Under the pieces are notes generated by a model. The model ran no database searches. It saw only the letters and a program-made list of their open reading frames with translations, and was not told the DNA's origin. The translations under genes were made by a program, and so were the position numbers. This document shows positions 51,403 through 63,774 of a stretch of DNA of 64,000 nt, piece after piece. The stretch is from Octopus vulgaris (Eukaryota): positions 9,796,001-9,860,000 of the forward strand of contig OX597836.1 in the NCBI GenBank assembly GCA_951406725.2, written 5' to 3'. Position 1 is the first letter of the stretch. Each line of letters begins with the position of its first letter.

Positions 51403-51582
51403 AGAGTGGCTGTGTGGTAAGTAGCTTGCTTACCAACCACATGGTGGTTCCGGGTTCAGTCCCACTGTGTGGCACCTTGGGCAAGTGTCTTCTACTATAG
51501 CCTCGGGTCGACCAAAGACTTGTGAGTGGATTTGGTAGATGGAAACTGAAAAAAACTTGTCGTATATATGTATGTATGTGTG

Positions 51583-51623
<41 letters not shown>

Positions 51624-51822
51624 TTGTGTGTCTGTGTTTGTCGTCGCCAACATCGCTTGACAACCAATGCTGGTGTCTTTAGTTCCCTGTAACTTAGCGG
51701 TTCGGCAAAATAAACCAATGGTATAAGTACTAGGCTTACAAAGAATAAGTCCTGGGGTCGATTTGCTCGACTAAAAGGTGATGCTCGAGCATGGCCACAG
51801 TCAAATGACTGAAACAAGTAAA
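51403..51822 (+). mobile_element. SINE family B, near full length
   Basis: Head, body and tail motifs. Confidence 0.9.
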
Positions 51823-52012
51823 AGTGTAAAAGAGATATTACAGAGCTATTAGTATGGCTGTCTGTCGCAAGCAAGTATGGCTTGGCATGGTCGACCATGC
51901 TTTAAATACTTGCTTTAGATGCCAATGTAATTACAAGCAGACATGGATACCCTCTTATCTTTCCTAGTATTGAGCCAGTAGAATATTTGGGATGGCTGGA
52001 GAGGTAAAGGGG

Positions 52013-52045
<33 letters not shown>

Positions 52046-52124
52046 TTGCAACAACACACAAGTGGTACTAATTTTTAGCCGAGTAAAAGCAGAACACCCC
52101 TAACCACTAAACCCAGGAAACCCA

Positions 52125-53022
52125 GGATCCTCTTTGGTCATGAATGACCAATGGATTGCACCTGGAAAGTTACCCTCCATGCACAAATCTGGGTAAGGTT
52201 GTTTATGGATGACCAGCAGTCACCCATGCATACCGGCCTCCTCTCTCCACACCACCAATGATATCCAAGGGAAAGGCAAAGGGGCCGATACAGCTTGGCA
52301 CCAGTGACTTTGCTACTCATTTCTACAGCTGAGTGAACTGGAGCAACGTGAAATAAAGTGTCTTGCTCAAGAACATAACACACAGCCAGGTCTGGGAATC
52401 GAACTCACAAAGATCTCCTTTGGTCAGGAGAGACCATGGGATTGCACCCAGAAAAGTACCCTCCGAGGCACAAGTCCAGGCAAGGTTGTTTATGGAAGGA
52501 CAGCAGTCACCCATGCATACCAGCCTCTCCTCTCCACGCCACCAGTGTTATCCAAGGGAAAGGCAAAGGGGCCGATACAGCTTGGCATCAATAACATCAC
52601 AACTCATTTCTACGGTTGAGTGAACTGGAGCAAAGTGAAATAAAGTGTCTTGCTCAAGAACACAACACACAGCCTGGTCTGGGATTTGAACTCACAAAGA
52701 TCTCCTTTGGTCAGGAGAGACCATGGGATTGCACCCAGAAAGGTACCCTCCGAGGCACAAGTCCAGGCAAGGTTGTTTACGGAAGGACAGCAGTCACCCA
52801 TGCATACCAGCCTCTCCTCTCCACGCTACCAGTGTTATCCAAGGGAAAGGCAAAGCGGCCGATACAGCTTGGCATCAATAACATCACAACACATTTCTAC
52901 GGTTGAGTGAACTGGAGCAACATGAAATAAAATGTCTTGCTCAAGAACACAACACACAGCCTGGTCTGGGAATCGAACTCACTATCACATGATTGTGAGC
53001 CCAATGCTTTAACCACTGAGCT
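52125..53022 (-). mobile_element. SINE family C trimer (287-bp headless units)
   Basis: Junctions at 52408 and 52695, identical in type to those at 8093 and 42148. Confidence 0.9.
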
Positions 53023-53468
53023 ACACATGTGTAATATACGAGGAAATGTGTATCTTCGTCTATATGAGAGAGACTCATTGTGATAACGTGTGTGAGTCTT
53101 TCGGTCCTTTTCGTTTAGTCAGAGGAAGAGAGAAGGAAAAATTTCCTCCACCACCTGTGACAGCATTTGCAGACCTTCCCAGACGAAATCAGTGGGACAT
53201 AGTCTTCTTCTTCTTCTATCGTCACACAAGAAATGTAGAGAAAAATAGGTGACAGAGTTGATGGTTAAATCAGGAGATTGAAATATTAAAATTAACAAAC
53301 AACCTACAATCTGTTTGGTGTCCTCGACTGAACATCTGTTGCAAGTGTACAAAGACCACGCTTAACAGAAGACTAAGAAACAGTTTTCACATGGACAGAT
53401 TCAGCAAGATACCTTATCATGCCACTAAAGTACTGACTCCTATAGCACTTATTTCATGTGTGTGTGTG

Positions 53469-53499
<31 letters not shown>

Positions 53500-53773
53500 A
53501 AGACATGGTAGTCAAATGTGCTTCTTTATTGTTGTCTGTTTAGCCCCGGGTCAGTCCAGTTTTGAGTCGACATATCTTTTATCATTACTTATCTTTTACC
53601 TTTAACTTGTTTCAGCCATTAGACTGCAGCCATACTGGGTCATTGCCTCGAAGAGTTTTTAGTCGAATAAATGAACCCCAGGATGTAAACAAACCAACAC
53701 TGGTTTTCAAGTGGGGGGCAAATACAGACACAAAGACACTCACACACATATATGACGGGCTTCTTTCAGTTTC

Positions 53774-54137
53774 TTATTTCTTTATTGCCCACAAGAGGCT
53801 AAACATAGAGGGGACAAACAAGGACACACAAAGGGATTAAGTCGATTATATCGACCCCAGTGCGTAACTGGTACATATTTAATCGACCCCAAAAGGATGA
53901 AAGGCTAAGTCGACCTCAGCTGAATTTGAACTCAGAACGTAGCGGCAGACGAAATACCTATTTCTTTACTACTCACAAGGGGCTAAACACAGAGAGGACA
54001 AATAAGGACAGACAAACGGATTAAGTCGATTATATCGACCACAGTGCATAACTGGTACATATTTAATCAACCCTGAAAGGATGAAAGGCTAAGTTGACCT
54101 CGGCAGAATTTGAACTCAGAATGTAACGGCAGATGAA
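53774..54137 (-). mobile_element. SINE family A dimer whose tail joins a B body at GAAA
   Basis: Internal junction at 53957; AAAGAAATAA|GAAACTGAAAGAAG at 53773. Confidence 0.85.
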
Positions 54138-54186
54138 AGTTCTCTAAAACTTGTGGAAGGGAGCTACATGTCTACCATGTCCATAT

Positions 54187-54665
54187 TTAAACCTTTTAGC
54201 ATTGAAATTACTCTGTCAAATGTTACTGTTCATTTATTCATATCATTTTGAATTAATCATGCATTATCCAGTAGCTTAAAGATTTTGATGGTGTGATTGT
54301 ATGTTTTTAGAATGACATTGTAGGGTAGGTGTGAGATGTCAGATATGGCTGGTTTAACCCTTTAGCATTCAAATTACTCCATTAAATGTATTACTTCTTT
54401 ATTCACACCGTTTTGAATTAATCATGCATTATTTTCAAGCTTAGAGGTTTCCATGATGTGATTATTCTATTAGTCTTTTTACTTGTTTCAGTCATGTGAC
54501 TGTGGCCATGCTGGAGCACCGACTTTAGTCGAGAAAATTGACCCAAGGACTTATTCTTTGTAAGCCTAGTACTTATTCTATCGGTCTCTTTTGCCGAACT
54601 GCTAAGTTACGGGGTCGTAAACACACCAGCATCAGTTGTCAAGTGATGTTGGAGGGGACAAACAG

Positions 54666-54713
<48 letters not shown>

Positions 54714-55186
54714 GACGGGCTTCTTTCAGTTTTTGTCCACCAAATCCACTCACAAGGCTTTGGTTGGCCCGAGGCTATAGTAGAAGACACTTGTCCAAGG
54801 TGGCACGCAGTGGGACTGAACCCGGAACTATGTGGTTTGTAAGCAAGCTACTTACCACACTGCCACTCCTATGCCTACTGATTGTTTATTTTTGGAAGGA
54901 TATTGTAGGGTAGGTGTGAGGGGCTGGATTTGGTTTGGCTGAACATAAACTAGGTGGAACATTTGAGCCAGATATGGCTAATCTAATCCTTTAGCTTTCA
55001 GATTACTGTCAAGTATTATGCTTATTTATCCACATCGTTTTGCAGCTTTGAGATTTCAGTGATGTATTTATTTACTTTTAAAATGGCATTGTAGGGTAGA
55101 TATAAGAGGCCAGATCTGGCAGATTTGAGCATAAAACAGCTGGAATATTCGGGCAAGATATCGTCATTTTAAATGCTAAAGGGTTA
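54187..55186 (+). mobile_element. Three head-to-tail copies of a piggyBac-like MITE, with SINE B(-) inserted at 54474-54876
   Basis: TTAACCCTTTAGCATT-like starts at about 54187, 54353 and 54983; terminal AATGCTAAAGGGTTA. Confidence 0.7.
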
Positions 55187-56372
55187 CGAGATTACGATGT
55201 GATTTGAAGGAGATTTAACTGCTATTTCTAGTAGGTCAAATGACCACAGTTGGCCAGGTTGGGTGAGGGGTTGATTCAATGGTGTTTCTGCCCCACTCCC
55301 ATCCTAACAAATACAAATGCCCTGTAATGTTATACGTAAATATCACTGCTAATTAGCCTGTAATCAGGAATATGCTAAAATCTTTGAAATCAACTCGTTC
55401 CAGCTTCCATTTATCAGCAATGTATCTTGGTAAACAGTCTTTAAAAAGTCTAAACAGAAAAAATGGAGCATTTAGTTACAACTAACAACACTAAGTCTTC
55501 TTGACATACTTTTGACCTAAATATTGTTGAAAGGATAAAACAGACCCCTACACCAACCACAAGTTCACCACTATCATCTTTTGCATCTGCCATGAAGAAA
55601 ATAAATAATCTAATGATTTAGGAAAAGTCTGTAATCATGTGTGTGAGTGGAGAGTCACATGGCTTAGTGGTTAGGGTGTTGGACTCACAATCCTAAGATT
55701 ATGGTTTTTGATTCCTGTACTAGGTGGTCTGTTGCATTCTTGAGCAAAACACTTCACTTCTCATTGCTCCAGTCCAAAAGCACTCACTACACTCTCGGAG
55801 TGGTTGGCGTTAGGAAGGGCATCCAGCTGTAGAAACTCTGCCAGATCAAGACTGGAGCCTGTTGCAGCCATCTGGTTCGCCAGCCCTCAGTCATTCATCC
55901 AACCCATGCTAGCATGGAAAGCAGACATTAAACGATGATGTTGATAATAATTGATAATATCTGGGTAATAAAGATTTTAGAAATTTTTACAACCAGTGGC
56001 CTAGCGTATAGAAAAATTTAGTCAATAGACTGTATATTATTCACATAAAATACAGTGTACATTTAAACACATTAAGAGGTTTGGCCTCGTTTATATATTT
56101 AATCTTTGGGGTCCCTGTTGATGAAGACTTCGCCTGGTAAATTATTTTATTTGCCAAAAGAAGTCAGAAACCATGGTCTAGGAAAGAGATGGTAAATGTT
56201 TTTATTCTTCATTCCCTTTGAGAATTTATCCCTAATTAGTGGTTTTGACTTTAGCTATTCTTTCTAGCATAAAGGATTCCTATGATGGAAACAATGTGTT
56301 TAAATGTACACTGTATTATATATGTGTATATATATATAATAAGTATATGTATTGATGGAAAACCTCTATAAA

Positions 56373-56456
56373 TGGCTGATGATTGCTCAACATTTTAAAA
56401 CTGTTGTAATACTTACAATGTTTAATAAAATGAATTAGCATGAAACGATCGTACCA
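56373..56456 (+). ncRNA. Type I hammerhead ribozyme motif with intact core and extended stem II
   Basis: tgg-CTGATGA-(ttgct..agcat, long AU stem II)-GAAAC-gatc-GTA-cca; lies in a PLE-like end whose terminus CTTGTTGCTTATTTTGA also occurs inverted near 16349. Confidence 0.65.
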
Positions 56457-57016
56457 AATTACCGAAGATATTCTTGTTGCTTATTTTGAGTATATATATT
56501 TACCATGTGAACTATGATGAAAAAATATGAGAAAAGATATAGTATATGCCTCGAGGCATGTAATTTATTTTAAGGGTCGCGCAAGGGTAAAAAGGTTAAG
56601 AAACACTGCTCTAAACCACAACATGTGTGTCCTATGAGACACAATCCACCATTCAATGCTCACTTTTCTATTCTTGCATGGGTCAGATGGAATTGTTTTG
56701 AGGAATGCATGAGTTTGTAACAATGTCAATAAAAAAAGAATCACAAAATTTCAATGAATTTAGAGGCCTTCAAAGAAAAATTGTAAACATTAACAATAAT
56801 GATAATAATAACTGCTGTCGCTGTTTTAGTCTTGTGTTGTTCATAAGCATTGAAATGGCTGCGTTTGTTTGCCTGCTTCCAGAAGCCATTCGCAGTTGAA
56901 ATACATTTGAATAATTACGGCTTTGTTTATCGATGTTAAATGAAGTTTCCAGCAATAAACAGCTCGGCTTGAAGTGATTATTACCCCGTCATTCTTCCAT
57001 ACTAACTCCTGTCTCA

Positions 57017-57057
<41 letters not shown>

Positions 57058-57493
57058 GCACTGACAGATATACATATACACATACATACAGTCACATGAC
57101 TCACTGTCATTGTCACTTGCCATTATCATAAATCTTAATTCTGCTGCACCTTTTTAATTGTCACATGACCTCTTCACCCAGATTAGCACAAAGCCTTAAT
57201 TCCAGTGCCAGCAGGAATGCTCTCTTACTCCATTGCCCCAACAAAGTGGGAATCGTTTTTCAGATGTATGTCATGTGATTGTTTTTATAACCGTTTTTAT
57301 TGGTTGTTCTCAGCCAATTTGCAATAGTTTCTTCTTTGTCTTTCTTTCTTTCTTCAAGCATATATATATATATATATATCATTGACTGGAATGGAATTTT
57401 TTTAGCCATTTGATGAGAAAATTCAATCCATTCATGAGTCTGCCACTTCTGCACCATTGTGGAAGCCAAGAGAATTCTTGGGGCCAATCAGTT

Positions 57494-57531
<38 letters not shown>

Positions 57532-57810
57532 TGATGATGATGATTATGATAATGATGATGAGAAGAAGAAGAAGAAGAAGAAGACGATGACGAATAATAA
57601 TAATAATAATAAAAATAATCAGTGTTTTAACATCCTCTTTTTCATGCTTGCATGGGTTGGATAGAATTTATTGAGGCTGATTTTCTATGGTTGGATGCCC
57701 TTCCTGTCACCAATCCTCACCTGATTCTTGGACCTGTTGAATCCTGTCAAATAGTCTCATACCAGCATGGAACATGGATGCTAAACAATGATATATATAT
57801 ACACACACAC

Positions 57811-57855
<45 letters not shown>

Positions 57856-58627
57856 CACACACATGTACAAATTGAGCCAAATGCTTGGCAGCATTTAGTC
57901 CGTTTTTAATGATATAACCAACTAGCTCCCTCCCCCAAAATTTAATGAGTAGAAAGGATTATTATTATTATTATTATTGCTAAGGTGGCATCTGGCAGAA
58001 TCATTAGCACACCTAACAAAATGCTTAGTGGTATTGCCTTTGTCTTCATGTTCTAAGTTCAAATCCTACTGAGGATGACTTTCATTTTTTTTTTTGGTTG
58101 CAGGGTCAATCAGATAATTACCAGTGAAGCACTGGGGCTGATGGAATTGACTAACCCCCTCTTCCAAAATTTCAAGTCTTGTACCGATTACATAAAGGGA
58201 TTATTATGCTGGGGTTTAAGGCAGTGAGCTGGCAGAATCATTAGAGCAGTGGACAGCATTTCTTCTGGCTCTTAACATTCCAAGTTCAAATCCTGCCAAT
58301 GTCAACTTTGCCTTTTATCCTTTCAGGGTTGATAAATAAAAGTACCAGTGAAGTACTGGGGCTGATGCAATCAACTTGCCCCTATCCTAAAATTATTGGC
58401 CTTTTGTCAAAATTTAAAGCAATTATAATGCTGGGGCTAGCTATAAATAAACCTGGAATTTTGATGGACATACCCGATTATTTTCATCCATTATTGTATA
58501 AATTTTGGGGGTTGATGACATAAGTACCAGTCGAGCACTAAGGTTGATAAAAACCAACTAGCTCCCTCCCAACAAATTTCATGAGCAGAAAGGATTATAA
58601 AAGTATAAAGCTTTTATAAAAGAATAA

Positions 58628-58684
58628 AGTATAAAGCTTTCCTTTCGTAAATCCTGAGGATTTATGAAAGGAAAGCTTTATACT
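58628..58684. repeat. Near-perfect 57-bp palindrome
   Basis: AGTATAAAGCTTTCCTTTCGTAAATCC-TGA-GGATTTATGAAAGGAAAGCTTTATACT, one mismatch. Confidence 0.95.
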
Positions 58685-58694
58685 GTTCAGAATT

Positions 58695-59041
58695 TATTTC
58701 TTTACTACCCACAAGGGGCTAAACACAGAAGGGACAAACGGATTAAGTCAATTACATCGTCCCCAGTCCATAACTGGTACTTAATTTATCGACCTCGAAA
58801 GGATGAAAGGCAAAGTCGACCACGGCAGAATTTGAACACAGAACATAGCGGCAGACGAAATGCCTATTTCTTTACTACCCACAAGGGGCTAAACACAGAG
58901 GGGACAAACAAGGACAGACAAACGGATTAAGTTAATTATATCGATCCCAGTACATAACTGGTACTTAATTTATCGACCCCGAAAGGATGAAAGGCTAAGT
59001 TGACCTTGGTGGAATTTGAACTCGCCGAGGTCGACTTTGTC
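58695..59041 (-). mobile_element. SINE family A dimer, 5' truncated with a short inverted piece
   Basis: 17-bp TSD TTATACTGTTCAGAATT; junction at 58863; GCCGAGGTCGACTTTG inverted at the 5' end. Confidence 0.9.
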
Positions 59042-60275
59042 TTATACTGTTCAGAATTATCAAAAGAAGCTGACTTAAAAAGTCTGAAAACAAACATGGA
59101 CATTTAGGACAAACTTATGAAAAATGTTTTGGTCAGGCGAAGGGTTAAAGACAGCAGAGCATCCAGTCAGCATTAATGAGCCTGCAGTATGGTCATAGAC
59201 CTCCAAGCTTGATAAGGAATATGTCAACAGTGGACAGTTACATCCTATCATTAACCTCTTTTATTTTTTCTTACCTTGACAAGAGATGTTTCTAACTCCT
59301 TCACTCCACGATCTGGTCATTAACCTATCTCAAACACTTGCTTTGATGACAGATCAATTAACAAAAACAGTTTGAACGCCATCAGCTAAAAGTTTATATC
59401 AAAGCCTTCAGCCATTGGTAAGTTAAAGTTTAATATACGAAAACTTTCAAATGTCGGTAGTTTAAAGCAAACTTATTTATGCATTCTGTTATATTAGCAT
59501 AGTTAGTACGACTGCTTTACTCAAAGACTGGGACTCTGGATTCTCATGGGTCTCATAGTTGGAAAGTTATGTGAAGAGTTATCATTGCTTTCAAGTCTTT
59601 CTAATTAAAGTTGAGTTATATACGATTAAAAATACCATCATCATTATTTCTTTTTTTAAGTAATCTCTACAGGTTTTCTATAGAAATTAGAGCCAACACT
59701 GAAAGTTATATTTTGCATGTGAATATGTCTATGTAAATAATGTGATTGAGAAAAGGAAAATAGTAAATAGGTGTATATGCATATTTCAGGAGTTATTGTT
59801 GCTTCATCAGGACCAAATGCATATTTCAGGAGATGCAGTGCTGAAGAAAGAGCAAAAACTGAAATATGCAATAGACACCCATTTCTTATTTTTCTATCTT
59901 TGATCATATTGTTTATATAGATGTATTCATATATGAAATGTAACTTTTATCGCTGGCTTTAATTCCTATAGAAAATTAGGAATTGTCCATTTATCGAATG
60001 TTCTTCCTGGAGGTAAGACAAATTTTTCATGTTTGTTGCACACACACATCTTTGCCAGTATATACGCAGTGAAACTTTACAATAGCGTCGGATTTGTATC
60101 AACTGCTATTTTCCAGTGAATATTGGTGCCTTGTTGTACCACTCATCTGTGTGTGTATATATATATATATATATAAAAAAGAAAGAATGGAGTCGAACGT
60201 GAATTCTGACGTGAATTTGCTACCCAGGTATCGGTTAACCGAATTTTCCATATTGGGATAATTCATTCACCTACT

Positions 60276-60308
<33 letters not shown>

Positions 60309-60797
60309 AATATAAATATATAGGCATATCTATATCTATCTATCTGTGTGTGTGTGTGTGTGTATACAACAGGCTTGTTTCAGCTTCTTTGCACCAAAGA
60401 AACTGACTTTGGTCAGCCAGGGGCTATAGTAGAAAACACTTATAGATGCTACGCAGTAGGACTGAACACAAAACCATATTTTGGGAAAACAAGCTTCTTA
60501 AACACTAGCCAAGCCTACACCTTTTAACTACATACACACACACACACCCACACACAGATTGAAAAGTGGTTGGATTTTTTTTTTTGCATTGTCTGCCAAA
60601 ATATAACAGAGACAATATAATGAAGGAGAGCTGCCAACTGTTTCAACAAAACACAAAGACTCAGTGTACAGTATTTAAGCAACCATCAGCACTAATAAAC
60701 GCTTGACTGAAGGCTAACACTTTTAACAGAATTATACAGATTGTCTAACATATGGACAGATTCACTGAAGTATAGAAGAGAGATAGAGACGGCAGGC

Positions 60798-60832
<35 letters not shown>

Positions 60833-60937
60833 TATTAGAAGGCTGTTAACTAAGCAAAGGGTATGTAGATTATTTGTAAATTATCAGATTTAATGCCGGG
60901 AAATAAACAGCTAGGAAGAAAATATGTGAAATATTAA

Positions 60938-61622
60938 AGGGTAAAGACCCCTTCAGTCAAGAATGACCATGGGATTGCACTTAGAAAGTTACCCTCCTAA
61001 GTGCAAGTCTGTTTGTGGAAGACCAAGTCACCCATGCGTACCAGTCTCCTCCTCTCCGTGCCACTGGTGTTCTCCGAGGAAAAAAAGGAAAAATAAAGAC
61101 CAATACAGCTTGGCACCAGTGACATTGCAACTTAATTATACAGTTGAGCGAACTGGAGCAATATGAAATAAAGTGTCTTGCTCAAGAACACAACACAGCC
61201 TGGTCTGGAAATCGAACTCACAACCTCACAGTGGTAAGCCTGACACACTAACCAGTGCCACAACACAGCCTACACTGGAAATCGAACTCACAACCTCACA
61301 ATTGTAAGCCTGACACACTAACCACTGCCACAACACAGCCTCATCTGGAAATCGAACTCACAACCTCACAGTGGTAAGCCTGACACACTAACCACTGCCA
61401 CAACACAGCCTCATCTGGAAATCGAACTCACAACCTCACAATTGTAAGCCTGACACACTAACCACTGCCACAACACAGCCTCGTCTGGAAATCGAACTCA
61501 CAACCTCACAATTGTAAGCCTGACACACTAACCACTGCCACAACACAGCCTGCTCTGGAAATCGAACTCACAACCTCACAATTGTAAGCCTGACGCACTA
61601 ACCACCGACCCATGCACCTTCA
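60938..61622 (-). mobile_element. SINE family C with its tRNA head amplified six times (70-bp array at 61191-61610)
   Basis: Exact 70-bp period; each unit has A-box-like TGGCAGTGGTTAG and B box GAGTTCGATTTCC on minus. Confidence 0.95.
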
Positions 61623-61789
61623 CAAGTAAAATATATATTCTCCGACTAAAACAGACCCAGTTTTAACTGTAACACCTTTATCTACCAAGTCTTTGTATAA
61701 TTAAAAAAAAAACAATAAAAAGAAGAAATAATTACAGCAATTAATATGTATAGATGGTAACTGTTTTAAAAATTAATTCATGTATTTAC

Positions 61790-61855
61790 CTGCTGGAAGC
61801 CCTTTTTGCTCTTTGAACTAGGAGTTCTTGATAAAAATTCTCCAAGAGAAAACAT
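61790..61855 (-). CDS. Candidate 66-nt internal exon
   Basis: TTTCAAAG| ... CAG|GTAAAT; length divisible by 3; open in two frames; weak polypyrimidine tract. Confidence 0.2.
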
Positions 61856-62804
61856 CTTTGAAACATAAGCGAGATCTTACTGTGTACCGAAGCAAAGTGT
61901 TGAGATGTAAAGACTGTTAACGATGTGATGTGATTAAAACAGGAAAATGATTTCTGTTTTGATTGTGAACTACTATTCGGTCAGCAGATTCGCCTCAGTT
62001 CTATCACCTCATCTCCCTAAACACCGGTAGCTATCTTAGCCTCACCTCAGCTGATAATTTGGCAAACTTGATAACATGAATCGTCACAAAAACAGAAACA
62101 AAAAAATAAATAAATAAATAAATAAAAATAATGAATTTTATACAAAACACAGGTGCAAGGCATAGCTGTGTAGTTAAGAAGCTTGCTTTGTAACCATGAG
62201 GTTCTGAGTTCAATCTCATTGTATGGTATTCTGGATAAATATTTTTTTAACACAGCCTTGAGCAGACGAATACCTAGTGAGTGAATTTAGTAGACAGACA
62301 ACAAGCATGGCTGTGTGGTAAGAAGTTTGCTTCCCAACCACATGGCTCTGGGTTCAGTCCCATTGTGTGGCACCTAGGGCATGTATGTTCTACTATAGTC
62401 CCGGGCTGACCAAAGCCTTGTGAGTGGATTTTGGTAATAGTAGTGATATAAAAGGCAGTGAAAGTATGTGGCCTAATGATTAAGGTGTTGCACTAATGAT
62501 TAGCAAGGTCGTGGTTTCAATTCCCAGACCAGGTGGTGTGTTGTGCTCTTGAGCAAAACACTTTGTTTCATGTAACACTGTGATCACTTTGGCACCTGAT
62601 GTGTGGGACACTGTGCACCTGTTCAGGTAATGTTGACTTGATGGAGAGAGGGAGCTAATGTACAAGACAAACATTTGATCACTATAAGCAAATCACCTGT
62701 GGAGGTTGCACGGTAAGAAGTTGCTGAACCCTTACCTGTCATTTACAACAGGTGAGTCAACTCAGCTGAAAATGAGCACCAGCTGAATGTTGGGGCAATC
62801 CTTT

Positions 62805-63198
62805 TCTACTCTAGACACAAAGCCTGAAATTTTGGGGGAGAGGGCTAGTCAATTAGATTGACCCCAGTATACAACTGCTACTTAATTTATCGATCCTGAA
62901 AGGGTGAAGGGCAAAGTCAACCTTGGCAGAATTAGAACTCAGAACGTAACAACAGACGAAATACCTATTTCTTTACTACTCTCAAGGGGCTAAACACAGA
63001 GGAGACAAACAAGGACAGACAAACGGATTAAGTCGATTACATTGACCCCAGTGCGTAACTGGTACTTATTTAATTGACCCTGAAAGGATGAAAGGCAAAG
63101 TTGACCTCAGCGGAATTTGAACTCACAACATAGCGACGGGTGAAATACAGCTAAGCATTTCGCCCGGCGTGCTAACATTTCTGCCAGCTTGCCGCCTT
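62805..63198 (-). mobile_element. SINE family A dimer
   Basis: Junction at 62965. Confidence 0.85.
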
Positions 63199-63466
63199 TT
63201 GTTATATCCTGTATGTGTGTCTGGGTTAAAGTAAATGTGACTCTGGAGGGTGTCTATGCCTGTTTATGCACATGTTCCAGGAACCGCATGTGAATTTCTA
63301 TTCTCACTGAAACTCCGAGCATGAACACTTCAACAACAAATGACGGCCATGGCATCCATGCTATCCAACACACTTGTTCTTCCAGTGGGGGCATTTGTCA
63401 AAATTACAAACTGGATTTTTGGGCCACAGACAGAAACATCACTTTGCCTGCTGGAATGTTAGGGCT

Positions 63467-63774
63467 GTGGAGGCACATGGCCTAGTGGTTAGAGCAGCGG
63501 ACTCACGGTCAAGGGATCGCGGGTTCGAATCTCAGACCAGGCGATGTGTGTGCTTATGAGCGAAAACCTAAGCTCCACGTGGCTCCAGCAGAAGGTAATG
63601 GCCAACTTCTGCTGACTCTTTTGCCACAACCTTCTCTCACTCTATCCTCCTGCATCTTGCAGCTCACTTGCGATGGACTGGCATCCCGTCCAGATGGGGA
63701 ACCAATATGCCAAGGAAACCGGGAAACCGGCCCTTATGAGCCAGGTGTGGCTCAAGAAGGAACAAACAAACAAC
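63467..63774 (+). mobile_element. SINE family E, full length
   Basis: 12-bp TSD AATGTTAGGGCT; closely similar to 10827-11130. Confidence 0.9.

Noticed and set aside
63420-63466. LINE endonuclease start motif (FACWNVR)
   Set aside because: Single short motif; the downstream frame is unrecognisable, so it is not called
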